Source of the DNA: Ptychomitrium polyphyllum | Lineage: Eukaryota | DNA: 64,000 bases | NCBI GenBank assembly: GCA_973851085.1 | Contig: OZ316775.1 | Span: 8,990,001 to 9,054,000 of the forward strand | Direction: 5' to 3' | Shown: in pieces, positions 13,646 through 26,810 of the stretch | How the letters are laid out: each line of letters starts with the position of its first letter | How positions within the stretch are numbered: position 1 is the first letter of the stretch | Notes under the pieces: model-generated | Database searches by the model: none | The model's input: only the letters and a program-made list of their open reading frames with translations | Told to the model about the DNA's origin: nothing | Made by a program: the position numbers and the translations under genes

Positions 13646-15553
13646 CTAGAAATTAAATCTTTTTCGTATGCGACAAGAGAAGTGTGAAGCCCACTAGAGA
13701 AGATGTCAAGCCGCCCTTAGTATAAGAAATACAGTTTTTTCATCAATTGAATGATCTACAGGATCCATGTCATACCCTCAGGGCCACGTCATCGACATCC
13801 TCGATGATCTGCTCTTCGCACTTCACTCATCGCACCAGACACAACAACATGGCACTCGCAAACAAAACAATGCAAGAAAGTATTCAATCAACCTCCATGA
13901 TAACATCACAACCTCCACAACAACCTACATTCAAACATCGTATACACAAACCGTCTGAGCTAAATCCCTGGCTCGAGGTGGCAAGCTCAAGATGGAAAAG
14001 GAACCACAAAAACCACCCTCCCCTTTCCTCTCAGAATCTTAGCAAAAGTAAAACCATCCACTCTCTCGATGAGCAGCGACACAATGCAGCTGAGAACTAC
14101 AAGATGAGGAGATGAGCAGGACGAGAATCAAGAAACAGCATTCAGTGATGTAGACTCTGCCACCGCAACTCAAACAAGACACGACTACACAATATAGACA
14201 CAGAGAAGACGGTGCGCAGACAAGCTGGGTGCGCAGACTGACAGGTTCTCAGAGGGGTATCTAGGATGTTCTGTGTAGATCACATGCCTCAGACCACGTC
14301 CAGGTTTCAACCAACTGATATCAGTGTTGCATGAATTTGGCATGAATTTCAGGAAAATTGTCATTGACTACAAGCAGATGCATGTTCCACCTCATCTGGA
14401 ATATACAATTGCTCAAGCAAGTGTTATTATACTCATAGAATAGTTATTTTTATAACAGTAGCATGATTAGTGTGATATTCATCTTGTAATATCAATTTCT
14501 ACAGATGTGACTAACGTTATTGAAATTCTGGCTAACGAGGAATCCTGTGACTCTTATTCACGGCTTTTAACACAGCCTTCTAGAAAGTGCGCCCAAATGT
14601 GTTGAATCAGTGTACCTGGAGCTGTTGCGAAGTGCTAACTTAATACAGTAGAGTTATACTGTATGGAAACCACAGGGTATTGAGTGTGAGTTTGCAAGTA
14701 CATGGTGAGATTCAGTGTTCTAGGACCATCAAGCGTAGATGTCAGTGTTTTGAATCTAGTGTAAATTTAACCATTTTGGGAACATTAATAAACCGGCCAA
14801 ATCCACCGGTAGTTCCAGAGTAGCTCAAAGACAGAAAATCTAATCTGTTCTTGACATCTCGGAGAATGAAGCCCGTTCACTCTAAGATGCTAAAACCTTC
14901 TCTGCTCCAATGTAAGCACGGGCGTAGGCTTTTGACAGATTCTTATCGACAGGCGTACACCAGGTAGACTGCAAATCGCACCGTCAGAGAGTTGTGCAGG
15001 AGAATGTTCGTGCAGAAAGCAACCCCGAAATCCACAATGCCTGGCTTCAGATTTTCTTCCAACCAAACCCATTTTTGTTCCATACGAGATGCCGATTACG
15101 CGCAGAAATTGTCACAAACCCGCAGTTGAAGTGGTTGATGTAACAATGCCTCGTACATCACTCGTATAGAGAAGCTGTGGAAAAGAATTTTGACTAAGTA
15201 TCCGTAGCAGTCGCACATGATGCAACTAAGATCAGAACTGAAAGGTGAAGATCAAATAAATCATCTATATAACATAAGTACTATATACAGAATTCTATAA
15301 ACTTACAAACTACATTTGTAATCAATCAGCATGATGTACAGAGACGTGTAAGATACCATTCCACATTGAAAACCATTCAGACATATGACACAAAATGAAC
15401 TTATTCACATGACCCTGCTTTGATAAGTGGATCATGAAATTTATTCCAAAAGACTCGGTACTTTAAGGAAAGAAGGATCAAGACGAGCTGCACAGCAAAG
15501 AGGAGTGCACAAGTTTAGAGTGAAGTGAGATGGATTGTCCAAGAATACAAGGA

Positions 15554-15639
15554 AGCTATTCCCGCTCATCAGTAGCTCCTTACCTCAGAACCGTCTCCTG
15601 GTTCCGAGGGATGAAGCTAGTGAGAGGCAGGAAGAGACT
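15554..15639 (-). ncRNA. MIR1219: pre-miRNA hairpin, miR1219 family (downstream copy); mature 15614-15634
   Basis: The minus strand reads CUUCCUGCCUCUCACUAGCUU, identical to moss miR1219 as I recall it. It sits on the 5' arm of a fold-back (CCUCGGAACC/GGUUCUGAGG closes the loop; UAGCUUC/GGAGCUA; UUCCUGC/GCGGGAA). Confidence 0.88.
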
Positions 15640-15724
15640 GCAGGACTACCATTTCCTCACCAAGGTAAAGTTGTGTCATCAGTATTGTCAAGAGTGTAAT
15701 TCAGAGGTTTTGGAAAACGATGTA

Positions 15725-15845
15725 CGTGGGTGGGGTGAGTGCGTGCTATTCCTGGCTGCCAATAGCTCCTTCCCTCTCAAACTGCACCACAGGCAGAGAG
15801 GGATGCAGCTAGTGAAAGGCAGGAAGAGGCCCACACTTCCCCACG
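15725..15845 (-). ncRNA. MIR1219: pre-miRNA hairpin, miR1219 family variant (upstream copy); mature ~15806-15826
   Basis: The minus strand reads CUUCCUGCCUUUCACUAGCUG (2 differences from the downstream copy). It is on the 5' arm of a fold-back (CCCUCUC/GAGAGGG, CUAGCU/AGCUAU, UUCCUG/CAGGAA), with a star arm paralogous to that of the other hairpin. Confidence 0.82.
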
Positions 15846-16539
15846 CAACCTCCGCCACCTTCAGGGGCCATGAATACAAGTACTTATGGTCCTCCATATT
15901 TCGTCTAGCTGCACATTTCATCACTCGTAAGGTGGACGAAACTGTCAATAGCAGAGCATATTCGTTGGAGAAACTGCAGAAACTGAGGATAGTTGACGTC
16001 TTTTCAACCAACAAGTTCGCTGATGCACATAACTCGAGAAATCGTGAAAAAAGAAATAGTTCAGTGAAATGGAAGGCGCATCCTACACTGGAACACTTGC
16101 TATGAAAACACCTCCGGTACCACCTGACTTGCCCACAAATGTCAACATCGAGAGGTAACGGGGATGATTCAATGAGGTACCCGGCATCAATATGGGAACT
16201 ACGAACCAAAGTGGCCACCATGACATGCCTTCTACATCAAACAATCTAAACATACAAGGCCATCAACGACGACGATTTTCTTGACTTAAGAGTACTAAAG
16301 GACATGCACCGACACGAAAACTGTGTACGAAATGTCCTCCACAACATTGATCCTCGAGGGAAAAATATACGGAACAACCTCCTTACAGAGATGGAACCTG
16401 AGGATCACGGTATGGCACCAAGCAAGCGCTGAGACATGAAGTGCTGTTGGAGTGCCGTGGATTAGAGAGGAAGCCACTCACTGCAGAAGGGATCAGCCAT
16501 GGCACGACCACTGGCCAGGTGAGCCTCACAAAGGAAGAG

Positions 16540-16636
16540 CTCTAGGAGAGGAGAGACAAAAGGAACGAGAAGCCTGAGAGTCTGAACTGTGGCGGTGCGA
16601 TTGTGAGTCGCAAGGGCAGAGGTGCCTGCTTTATAG
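16540..16636 (-). promoter_or_regulatory. Probable core promoter and CT-rich leader of the pri-miR1219 transcript
   Basis: Minus-strand TATAAA at 16635-16630 in a GC-rich context, followed by a pyrimidine-rich leader and a CA|GTGAGT splice donor near 16481. Confidence 0.55.
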
Positions 16637-18899
16637 CACCCAGTGCAGCCTGCGCTCTGCCTCGTGTGTGCTCTGCCTCGTGTGTGCCCATTGAGGGCTT
16701 GCCCCCTTCCCTCTTCATTTTTTGGGTCCAGCTCTTCACTCATAATTTGGATGCTCGCACTATTTGCATCCAGCGACCAACTATGGCAGAAAATAATATT
16801 AATCATCACACGTGTTATTTTGGAACAATGCTAATCATCACCCTGATACTAGGGGGTAGGCAGTGACAGAATCCACCAATTCTATGGTGCAAAGTAAATA
16901 AGGATTATCCACTACATAAAACTAGCATTTACGGTGTGCCACGGTAATTGCAAAGAATAGTAATTTTTGCTGCACTGAACTCTGTCTGTTTCACAAAGAT
17001 ACCCGAAAGCTATTTTGGTCCACAGTGATTGACATTGACTGCTTGATAAAAAGATATAATACTCTACAGTAATTTTATGACATAGTATTTCGAATCATCT
17101 TGTTTTACTTTGGAGCCATATTTGCAACAACTTTATCACTGTGTAACTAAAAGTCGGAGATAAATATTTCATCCGAGTTTTTTATCTTTTCATTCGTTTG
17201 TATTTTTCATCCGCTTTATTGAAAGTTGTGACGAAGATACGTTATTGGACAAACCGATTAAAATAGGAATTTTGAAAATAGATTTCTCCATCTGGCTCCA
17301 TTCGGCCAAAAGCAAGAGCTAAGCCCACAATGATATCTGAACTGTATAATTCTACAAAAGTATGTTTTTTTCTTTTTAAGATTTCATTTACAATTTATGG
17401 AAGACTTAACATACTTAAATACATGTTAATTAGACTCATTAAAAAGAAATTTATCAACTTTAGGTACAGGGGTATAAATAATGAAACAAAATATTTTTGG
17501 ATACAATCTAAAAATTAATTATTCTTAAATACAAATTACATACTTGAAGAAGTCATATCATGAAGGAAAGACATAGAGAGATATTTACTTCAAACCATCA
17601 TTAAGACTATATGTAGGAAAAAAATGAATTATGTGAAACAATATTTTCAATAAGTTAAGGTGTAACTTTCTTCACTTTAAAATGTTATATGATTACCATA
17701 GGAAGGATTATAGATTAATTTTACCAAAGTATATTTTAGAAGATAAATTTTAAATGCATATGTATTAACTTATTTTTTCAATTTTCACATTAAAAAAAAT
17801 CATATAATTCCATCTTTACATCTAAGCTATTACATATATCTTTACACATAAACCGTTTTAAGTATTTTTTCCAAATTGCATTGAAATTGAGAATATTTGG
17901 AAATTGCAGCAAATCTTGTGTATTTATAAATTTTAGTTTTTTATAAACCTCATCAAAATAAACTTTCTTCAAATTTTACTTGCAGTAATTTGATATCTTT
18001 GTGATTTTAACATTAAAAAGAGTTATATTAAAATAATCATTGATTATGATATGTGTATTTTTTTACAATGATCTAAGTCATAAATGTGATTTAGTCAAAA
18101 AAATCTTTTACAAAAAGAAGGTAGGAATTATTTTTAATTTTTAATTTCACCTAACATAAAAAAATTTATTAAAAAAGAAAGAAAGAATTTTAAAAGCTAC
18201 TCTAGCAAGATTGTAGTACAATACCAAGAAAAAATTAACACAATTGTAGAAACCATATTATTTTATTTAAATAATTGAAATTGCTCTTACAATGTTTTAT
18301 AAAGCATCTACTATGTTCTTCCAATATAACATGTTTTTTTTTTGTTAATATATCAACATTGTGTTCTTTCATAAAAAGACAATTTTCTTAGAATATATTG
18401 TCTACATCATACTTGTTAAGTCCTTCGATGACACTTCATATATTAATAATATCAATACAAGTTAAATTAAAAGAACCTTCAATTAATATGAAACAACATC
18501 AAAGCATATTATTTGGATTACTAGATTTAACAATCAAAGGAAATTGTTCTCATACATCATTCAAATCATTAAGTTCAACATTTAAAGCAAATTCTATTGA
18601 TGAAAGTCTTTCATTCCAACTTTTATTTATAATATGCAATAGTTTCAACCCTAAAAAACAAATACTTTGATACATATCAACTTTTATTTGTACAATTAGT
18701 GTTATTTATTATTTTTCTTAATGTCAAAGTTCCTATATCAATTCCTTTGTATTCAATTATTATTTTACATTACCTTTTTATACAAATGTATACCACAATT
18801 GATAGCTCATTGTATCAAAAGTTAAGTTTTTCTATCATAGCTAAAGACTTCTCTTTTTTTGTTTTAATGTATGCCTCTTTCTATGCTTTCATTATCAAT

Positions 18900-21200
18900 G
18901 ATAAAATCCGCATTTTAAATCACAATCTTCTCATGTATTAGAAATGAGGTATGGTAATTATATCCAAAAAAAGTTATTAGATTATTCTCATCTTCATCAT
19001 TTTTATTGTCTGATAAGTAGGAATTTAGATTGTTATATCATTATATATTAGAATCATGTTATAGATAGTTATGAACTAAAAAAATTGGTTGTAAATAAAT
19101 GTATCATATATTTGATGTTTCTAAAAAAGTAAAATCATATGAAAAATATCAATTGTCTGAGAGTTTGAAGCTATCATAGTCTTTTTTTGACGCACTTAAG
19201 CAAAATGCTAAAGAAATTCAAAAATATAATTAAATTGTAAAAAGATGAATGAAAAATATTTTTTGACCTCCAAAATTTAGCTTGTTAATATTCCAATTAG
19301 ATTAATGACCATTCAGTTTACCACCAAGGTCAATACATTTGTAATTATGTTAAGTTTATCTAAATAAGTTCAAATAGTTTTGTCCAGCAAGTAAATGAAA
19401 AATTTTCTTTTAATTTGTTGTCTTCTGATTTTTGATGAATGAATGCACAATAATATTCAACTTTGAATTTCAGATTAACTATTTTCTTAATTTATCTTAG
19501 GAAAATTTTTGAATTCAAAACCATCCTTAATTTTGAATTCCCAAAATTGTGCATAAAATATGTAACTTCATATTTATGTCAATCTTAATGAATGTTGTTA
19601 TGACATACCTTAAATGCTGTATGGATTAAAAAAAATTGATTCATTTTCCACACATAAACTCAACATGTTTTTTCATTAAGGTACTTCTTGACTTTTCTAT
19701 GAAAAATGTTAGTGCTTAATGATGGTTGGATTTGTAATTCTAAAATTATTATGGTTTTTCCAAAATAGTATGAAAACTAAAATACTAATTTAGAAATAAT
19801 TACAAAACCTGTAGTTGCATTAGTTTATTGCATGGTTTTAATAAATAAAATATGAAAATATTTTTATTTATCTATTTATTTGAATTTTACTAATACTGTC
19901 AAAATTAATTTGTATTATATATTATAGAAGTTGAATCTAATGAAGTTTGGGAGACAAATAGGCTATAAGTTTATCATGTGTTGTATAACAAAATTTATTC
20001 ATAATGCTTGTTTCAAAATTACTATTAACAATTAATATTTTTCAATTTTAAATCAAGTGGATATTCTTTAAGTAATCACATTCTATGATTAGTGTATAAA
20101 AATTTTAATTAGTAATATCAAATAGAAGTAGGTTAATGTTTAAACTTTCTTTGCATTTTATGTTGAATCATTTTAACTTCATATATTATGTAATTACATG
20201 TTTAACATTTTATTGTAAACAATTCAACTTCTTGTGGTTACATCTATTTTTTAATTTTGAATAGCCTAAAATCTTCATGTGGATTGAACAATCACATTTG
20301 CTTTGCATACATTAATATAACAAATGAATTTAACATCATTTGGTAACACATTCACATTTATTTTGCATTATACTATAAATGGTTTTAACCTCAAATAATT
20401 GAGTCAACTTTGCATTCCTCTTGTCTATTTTTAGTTTCATATAAGTAGACTAATAAAATGGCCAAGTCATATTTACATCTTATATAATACAATCTTAGCG
20501 TATAATGTTTGTTGAATGGTCACATTTATTGTGTACATCAAATAGAAGGAATTATCAACTTTAGGTGATTTTTTAAGCAACCAAATTGCCTTTGCATTTT
20601 ATACCAACATGTGGCTTTAACTCATTCTAAATAGTCTTGGATTTTGTTAAAAAACTTTGAATATTTTATTTACACAAAGAATCTTGTTCCATTTATTAAG
20701 ACATTAATATCATTGCCAAAATTGAATCCTAGTTCCTTTTTATGCAGTAAATTTTGCAAGTGATTATTTCATTTACCAAGTGATTATCAATGATTTACCA
20801 TCATTCTTGAATCCATTGATGCCTAATAATATGGATAAGGCTTCTTATGTACTGTAAATTAATATTATTATGTGTCTTATTAGTAATTTATAAGAAATAG
20901 GAACTTTATTAAAACAACAATGCATCATTGCAAAAGATCATGTTTTCAAAATTATACATTGAATTATGTGTAATAATCCCAAAAATTTCAATATTCAATA
21001 TTATCAATTAATTTTCAGACTTATAAAATCATTAATAAGTATTTTTTTAATTAGATTTTGTATTATTAATGCTAAAACCATCACCATCATATTTTTAATT
21101 TAAGAAGCTTAAGATACAACTAACATGAAAAAAAATGCTTTTGCATTTCCAATGAAGGTTGGTTTAAAGGATAAATAAAATGCAGGATATTTCAAAATTA
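18900..21200 (-). mobile_element. Highly decayed Helitron-like (Rep/PIF1 helicase) remnant
   Basis: Faint minus-strand traces in Rep-to-helicase order: GNAKAFFFML (~21130; cf. GxPxFFLT), ATTG (~19810; helicase motif Ia) and MIASNSQT (~19165; cf. MTxHKSQG). Many stops. Confidence 0.25.
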
Positions 21201-21451
21201 TTTTTGGAATTAAGTTCCAAAAACACGTTTAGGCTTTTAGTTTAATTCATTTAAGAGCATTGTTTGACATAAATTTATCAAAACTACAATTTTATATTTT
21301 GTATGTGAATTTTGGCATGGTTAGCTATTATTGAATCAAATTAATAAATTTAAAAGAAAAATAGTTCAATGGAAAAAATTAAAATTTCTTTTTCTAAATA
21401 ACAACCTTCAACACTGAGACAATGTTGAACACATTTAATTGTCTTCAATTA

Positions 21452-21453
<2 letters not shown>

Positions 21454-21482
<29 letters not shown>
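21454..21482. repeat. (TA)n microsatellite
   Basis: Uninterrupted AT dinucleotide run. Confidence 0.95.
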
Positions 21483-21486
<4 letters not shown>

Positions 21487-22989
21487 CACACATGTGTGGT
21501 AAAATGGACATGGAATAACAAATGAAAATTGTCTTTGTTCATTTTTTGTACATTTCAAATTGTTTACAATACAACATAAGAAACAAAAAATTGTTGCTTT
21601 TCTTTCAATCCAAATAATTTTGTATCAATAAAAAAGTACATACCTTCAAATTTTTTCAATCTTTTTCTATAGATATTTCTTAAAATAAAACTTAAAAAAT
21701 GATTTTTATATCTATTTTTTAATTTAGAAGATTTCAAATATTAAAGACTCATTCTATTGCATTTACAAGCCTTGGAATCAAAAATCAAGCTACATTCTAT
21801 AGCATGTTCATTCATTTATTTTATTAAAAGATAATGATATTTTTAATAGATTAATTGTATAATTATTATTATGACTATTAGTGTTTATTTAAATATTTTA
21901 TTTAATAATTTATCTATATTTTTGAAGGTTATTATTTCACAAGAAAGTTCAAAATTCAAAACATTGAACTCAAACATTATTGCCTTCATTTGATATAACT
22001 CAATTTAATAAGTCAATGATTCAATTAAATCGAGAATTTGTTATTTGTGGCATAATTTGATATATCAATATTACCATTTTCTTAAGGTGATTCTTTTTGT
22101 ACTAGTATAAATTTTAATGTTTATAAATTTGACTTACAACACATTTATTGGCATACTCACTTACAAGATCAGAAGTCATATACAACTCTATAAGTTCTGA
22201 TTAAAAATTCATTAATTTATAAGATAAATATTTTAAAGCATTTAGATATATGCCTTTAAAAAATCTATGTATATTGATTGAAATTACTTTCTTAGATTAA
22301 ATATCCAAAAAACTTAAAAAGATTCATCAAGAATCAATATTTCATTTTTGAAGATTTAAACTTGGCATTGTCAATCAAATTAAACTTAGTGAAGTTGTGA
22401 ATTTAGTAAATTTAATGGATTGTTCTAGTGAAGTCTTAATATATATATATTTTTAAAACGAAATTTAATCAAGAACGTAATCTACTTTCTAGTACTACCA
22501 ACAGGCACTAATTATGGCCTTCATACATAAAAGCATGTAAAAAATGAGAACTTTATTTGTCTCATAAACACGTCTTCCTTTCCTTTTTTTTACTAATTGA
22601 TTTTTTGTGTTGTTTGGCATGACATTATCTTGTCAAGAGCATCAACATTATCATGTTCCTCTTTTATTAAAAATTGCAATGAATGTTCTTGCTTGATGGA
22701 GTTACTACTTCACCCAACACTTGTTTGTTCCAACAATCCATATCTCCAGAGTTCTCCATGATGACAGAGAGTTATAATGCCATGTTGCTGTTTTCTGCAA
22801 ATTGAGTTGCAGTTTTATTCAAATTGTTGTACTTGCAAAGTGTTGCAAATGGGTTCAGTTGCTTTGATTAGCACTTTCCTAGGCACTTATCCACCTAAAT
22901 TCCTCATTTTGCAAATTTGGAAAGAGCTTATTTCTTATTGCTTTAAGTCTCAGGCAACATAACATGAATGTCAATCGTGAATAAAGTCA

Positions 22990-23089
22990 NNNNNNNNNNN
23001 NNNNNNNNNNNNNNNNNNNNNNNNNNNNNNNNNNNNNNNNNNNNNNNNNNNNNNNNNNNNNNNNNNNNNNNNNNNNNNNNNNNNNNNNN
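22990..23089. other. Assembly gap (100 N)
   Basis: Exactly 100 Ns, typical of an unsized scaffolding gap, so distances across it are unreliable. Confidence 0.98.
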
Positions 23090-26000
23090 AGGATCCACAT
23101 ATAACTTTCATCTAGTACTTTCTTTACAGACTAAAGCAATCTATTTTGAATTCCATGCCAGGGCTTGCTTGTGTTTTTAGGCATGCAATCGAAGACACCC
23201 CTGCACTTGACTAGTTTCAAGGAGATGCAAACACATGTAAGGATAACTGTTGGATATGAACTAAAATCTTGTTTGTTATTCGAATTTTTGTGAAACCAGG
23301 TCAAGCCGCAACCAATACCTTGGACACCACACAAGTTCCCGCAACTAGGCATGGGCTTCAGAAGCAGAACCAAGTGATTACATTTTATTAAATGCAGTCA
23401 ATTGATAATATATTGCCTTTGCTAAACAAATTTTGAGAGAGGTACGCCTCAAATCTAGCAAAGATTCTCCAGAAACGAAACATATAATTGGAAAGCTCTG
23501 AAAACTTTAGAGATGTATATAAATACAAAAGTTAAATAATATTGAATCATTATATTGTGGTTAGAAGGTGGCACAAACTAGTCATTCTTTTGAAAAATTA
23601 CACATGGGTTGTTACTCTTTAGATGTGTTTGCTCTAAAAATAACCTTCCTTTCACGTACAGTGCTGAAAGTATTAAAAGTCAAATTTTAATGAAGTTTGT
23701 TTTAAAAATCATTGTTCCGAAAATAGGTAGCTAAAGTTAAAAATGTAGGTATATACATTCAATGAAAAAACGATCAGGTAGTAGAACATCAGATTTTAAT
23801 GAAATGGAAGATTATAACAGGTATTTAGTTAAGTATTCTATAATGTCAAAAAAATAATTCCATGAGATATGGCACTTCAGACTTCAATAGTTACTAGATA
23901 TCCATTTTTCAAAAATGAAGTTGAATTGTTTCACATGTCACATGTTAGCTTTGAATGAAATTTGTTATTTTGACATGATTAGCTCTCAATGAACAAATAG
24001 GTTTAAGTGGGGCCTTTTGCTTGGTTTGAGTCCAACTCGTTGTTGAAAATAAGTGATTGACAATATCCTGTAAAGGCGTCCTTGTTCTAATGCATAAATG
24101 ACAAAGTTGGATTTTGTAGGAAGCCCAATATTGAATACAAAATACACATAATAAAACTTGAATTTTTAAAAGTCGACATAATTTCATGAAATTAGAATCT
24201 ATTTACCGATTTGTTTTTTCAAATTGTGTTAATTGAATGTAGCTATTAGTTTATTTCAAAGACTTTTTTTTTTATTTATATGCTCATTCTATCATTCAGA
24301 TTTGAAAAAAATCATAACAACATAATTGCAATTTGAAAAACTTACTTTCTAGTGATGAAAATTTTAATATTTTGGCTAGTCAAAAAATTAATTATGTATT
24401 TTTTTCTTTCAATTCAGTATAAGCTAATAATTTTTTCAAAAAACAACTCTGAGCTCCAGATTGAAGGTCGTTAAATTGATGTTCAAAATAAGAAAAAGTG
24501 ATATATTAATGGTTAATAGTGATTTTCAAGATCTTATTCAACTAGTTTTATATGGTTGTGTTTTAAAGTCACTCGCGCTTACACACCATAGCAACAAACA
24601 TTTATATAAAATCAACAACTATCAAATAACATAACAAGTAAAAACAGAAGGGTCATCTAAGAAAATTCGAACTAATAAATTTATAAATATAGATTTTTAA
24701 CTGCAGAAACTTGCAGGTCACTTGGATCATTAGAGCTTTCATTATACCAATGTGTACACTGTCAATGTAACAAACATGTAAAAATATGTCAAGTACTTGT
24801 AAATGCAATTTCATACACTATGTACACAAGTTGAGTACATTATATGTTTGATTATAAAAGAAGTGTTTTGCTTCCTATGGCCAATGCTTACATCTGGAAC
24901 ATGGAATGTGACAATTAAGGTAAACCCTAGAATCAACCTATGTGGCTGCTGTTCCATATTGGTGTGGGCTATACCTTCAAGTTGGATCACACAACAAGTT
25001 GGAATATAATAATAATAATGGTAAGTACATAAGTTAAGCATCAACTTGCAACTATATGATTGGAACAATACGGGACTGAGGAGACATTAGGAACATATTC
25101 CTCTGGAAAACAATGAGATAGGAGCAATGGAATGTTTTGGGAATTGGCCCAGTTCTACAAGTAGTTCTGAAATATAATGTCCCCACCAAACTAAAGTTAC
25201 TCACAGTAACATTTCTGATTTGATTTTGGAATTTTACCAGTAATAACAATATGAAATTATGTTTAAAATTATGAATAAGAACCCTTCTAATTGTGATTCG
25301 TTTTGTAAGGTTGTGTACTTACCTAACCTTAATATCAAAGAGGGGCTTTTAAGCTTCTTGAGCAGAAGTCCTTCTTTCATGAACGCATATTTTAACTTGT
25401 TCTTTCAGTAACAAAACAATTGTGATCTTTACAATGAATAGAGCTTTTAAAGATGCTTGTTCAGCTACTTATGATTTTTAACGAAAATTGGTGCTCAATT
25501 AAAGTGGTGGTTCCTAAGTTCAAGGACTTCTAAGCTTTTGGTGAATCGTTCACTTAAGCTTTTTATAATTTGATAAGTTCTTATGATTCAATGAATCTAC
25601 CTTGTATGCTAAGATTGCTAAGATGATATATTTGAATTAATGTGACTAGAAGAATAACTTATGAAATTCTATAGGCAACCTATTTATAAACTTAAACTAT
25701 GGTTATAATTACTTGGATAAGTGAGGGATTTCACTTCATTGATTTTCTTTTTCATCTTACCTTCTAACAACAAAACTTCAATTCTTATAGGAATTTTGTT
25801 AAGTGCTATTTATTGTATGATATTTTGATAAGATTTGTCTATATCTTTGATTATATACTAATCTTTCATAATTATGTGATTTATGCATGTGAATAAACAC
25901 ATTACTTTGTTGCTATTAATGGTTAAAATTTTGAAATCATGAATTTACTATTTTACAAAGAAATTTCTCATTCAATCACATGTAGTAAATTGTTTTTTTA

Positions 26001-26455
26001 TCTAAATTTAGTTTTTAGTGAATAATTTATTGTGATTTTTAGTCATTTATTACAAGGCCAAGTCATTTTTATGACAATATTGACTAAGGACATGCTTCTG
26101 CATCAGTTAAAAAATGCTTAGAAATTAATATTTTGCATATTCAATGTTGTCTATTTCATGTTGTTTAGCTTTTATTAAATATTCACAATATGAACCATTG
26201 AAATTAAAAATTTCTAATGATAGGAAAATTATTTTAATTTGTGTACACTCAAAAAAAATTATCTTCTTTATAAATTATATTTTGAACAAACTTCTCATAT
26301 TAGTATTGTATTTCAATAAATAAAGTTTCATGTTGATTTTTCCATATATCAACTCCAATAATCAATTAAATACATTTCTAAAAAACCAACTTGTCCAAAA
26401 TCCACAATCAATCATTTATTTAATTTACAATACTATACGAGCAGCCCTAAGTAAG

Positions 26456-26810
26456 TGTTAATAATACAAGAAGATAGAGAAGAAGTAGTCTCAAGAGTTA
26501 ATTTTCAAGGTAATTATTGGACAACATAAATTGGTGCAAGAAATAAAAACAAGACAACAATGGATAATATTCCACAACTTATGATAACAACATTGAAGTA
26601 AATATCATCTTGTTTCTTGTTTAAACCAAAAAGTCTATGCTTTCAAAAATCTAAAGAAGCTTCCTATAAAATTGTATAATGTTCTAGAGGTTTGTAGAAC
26701 CTTCTTTAGAAGTTTTCAAGGGAGGAAGATGATTAGGGAAGTTATTAAAAGCTATTACAAATTAGTAGATGGTTCTTCAAGACTATGTTGCATAATATAT
26801 ATTTGTGATG
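26456..26810 (-). mobile_element. Solo LTR related to the LTRs of the gypsy element at 45713-52266
   Basis: It aligns by eye to the reverse complement of those LTRs (TGTTA...CAAGAGTTAATTTTCAAGG, TCCACAACTT, AAGAAGCTTC, AATGTTCTA, GACTATGTTGCAT...GTGA). It is flanked by a near-perfect 5-bp TSD, GTAAG/ATAAG. Confidence 0.75.

Noticed and set aside
15530..16221. 191-aa (+) and 177-aa (-) ORFs over the miRNA locus
   Set aside because: No recognisable domain. The internal repeat (MKLVRGRKR/MQLVKGRKR) is just the duplicated miRNA sequence. A miPEP cannot be excluded but is unsupported.
16402..16462. Possible third hairpin in the pri-miRNA
   Set aside because: The stem is short and heavily bulged, with no similarity to miR1219.
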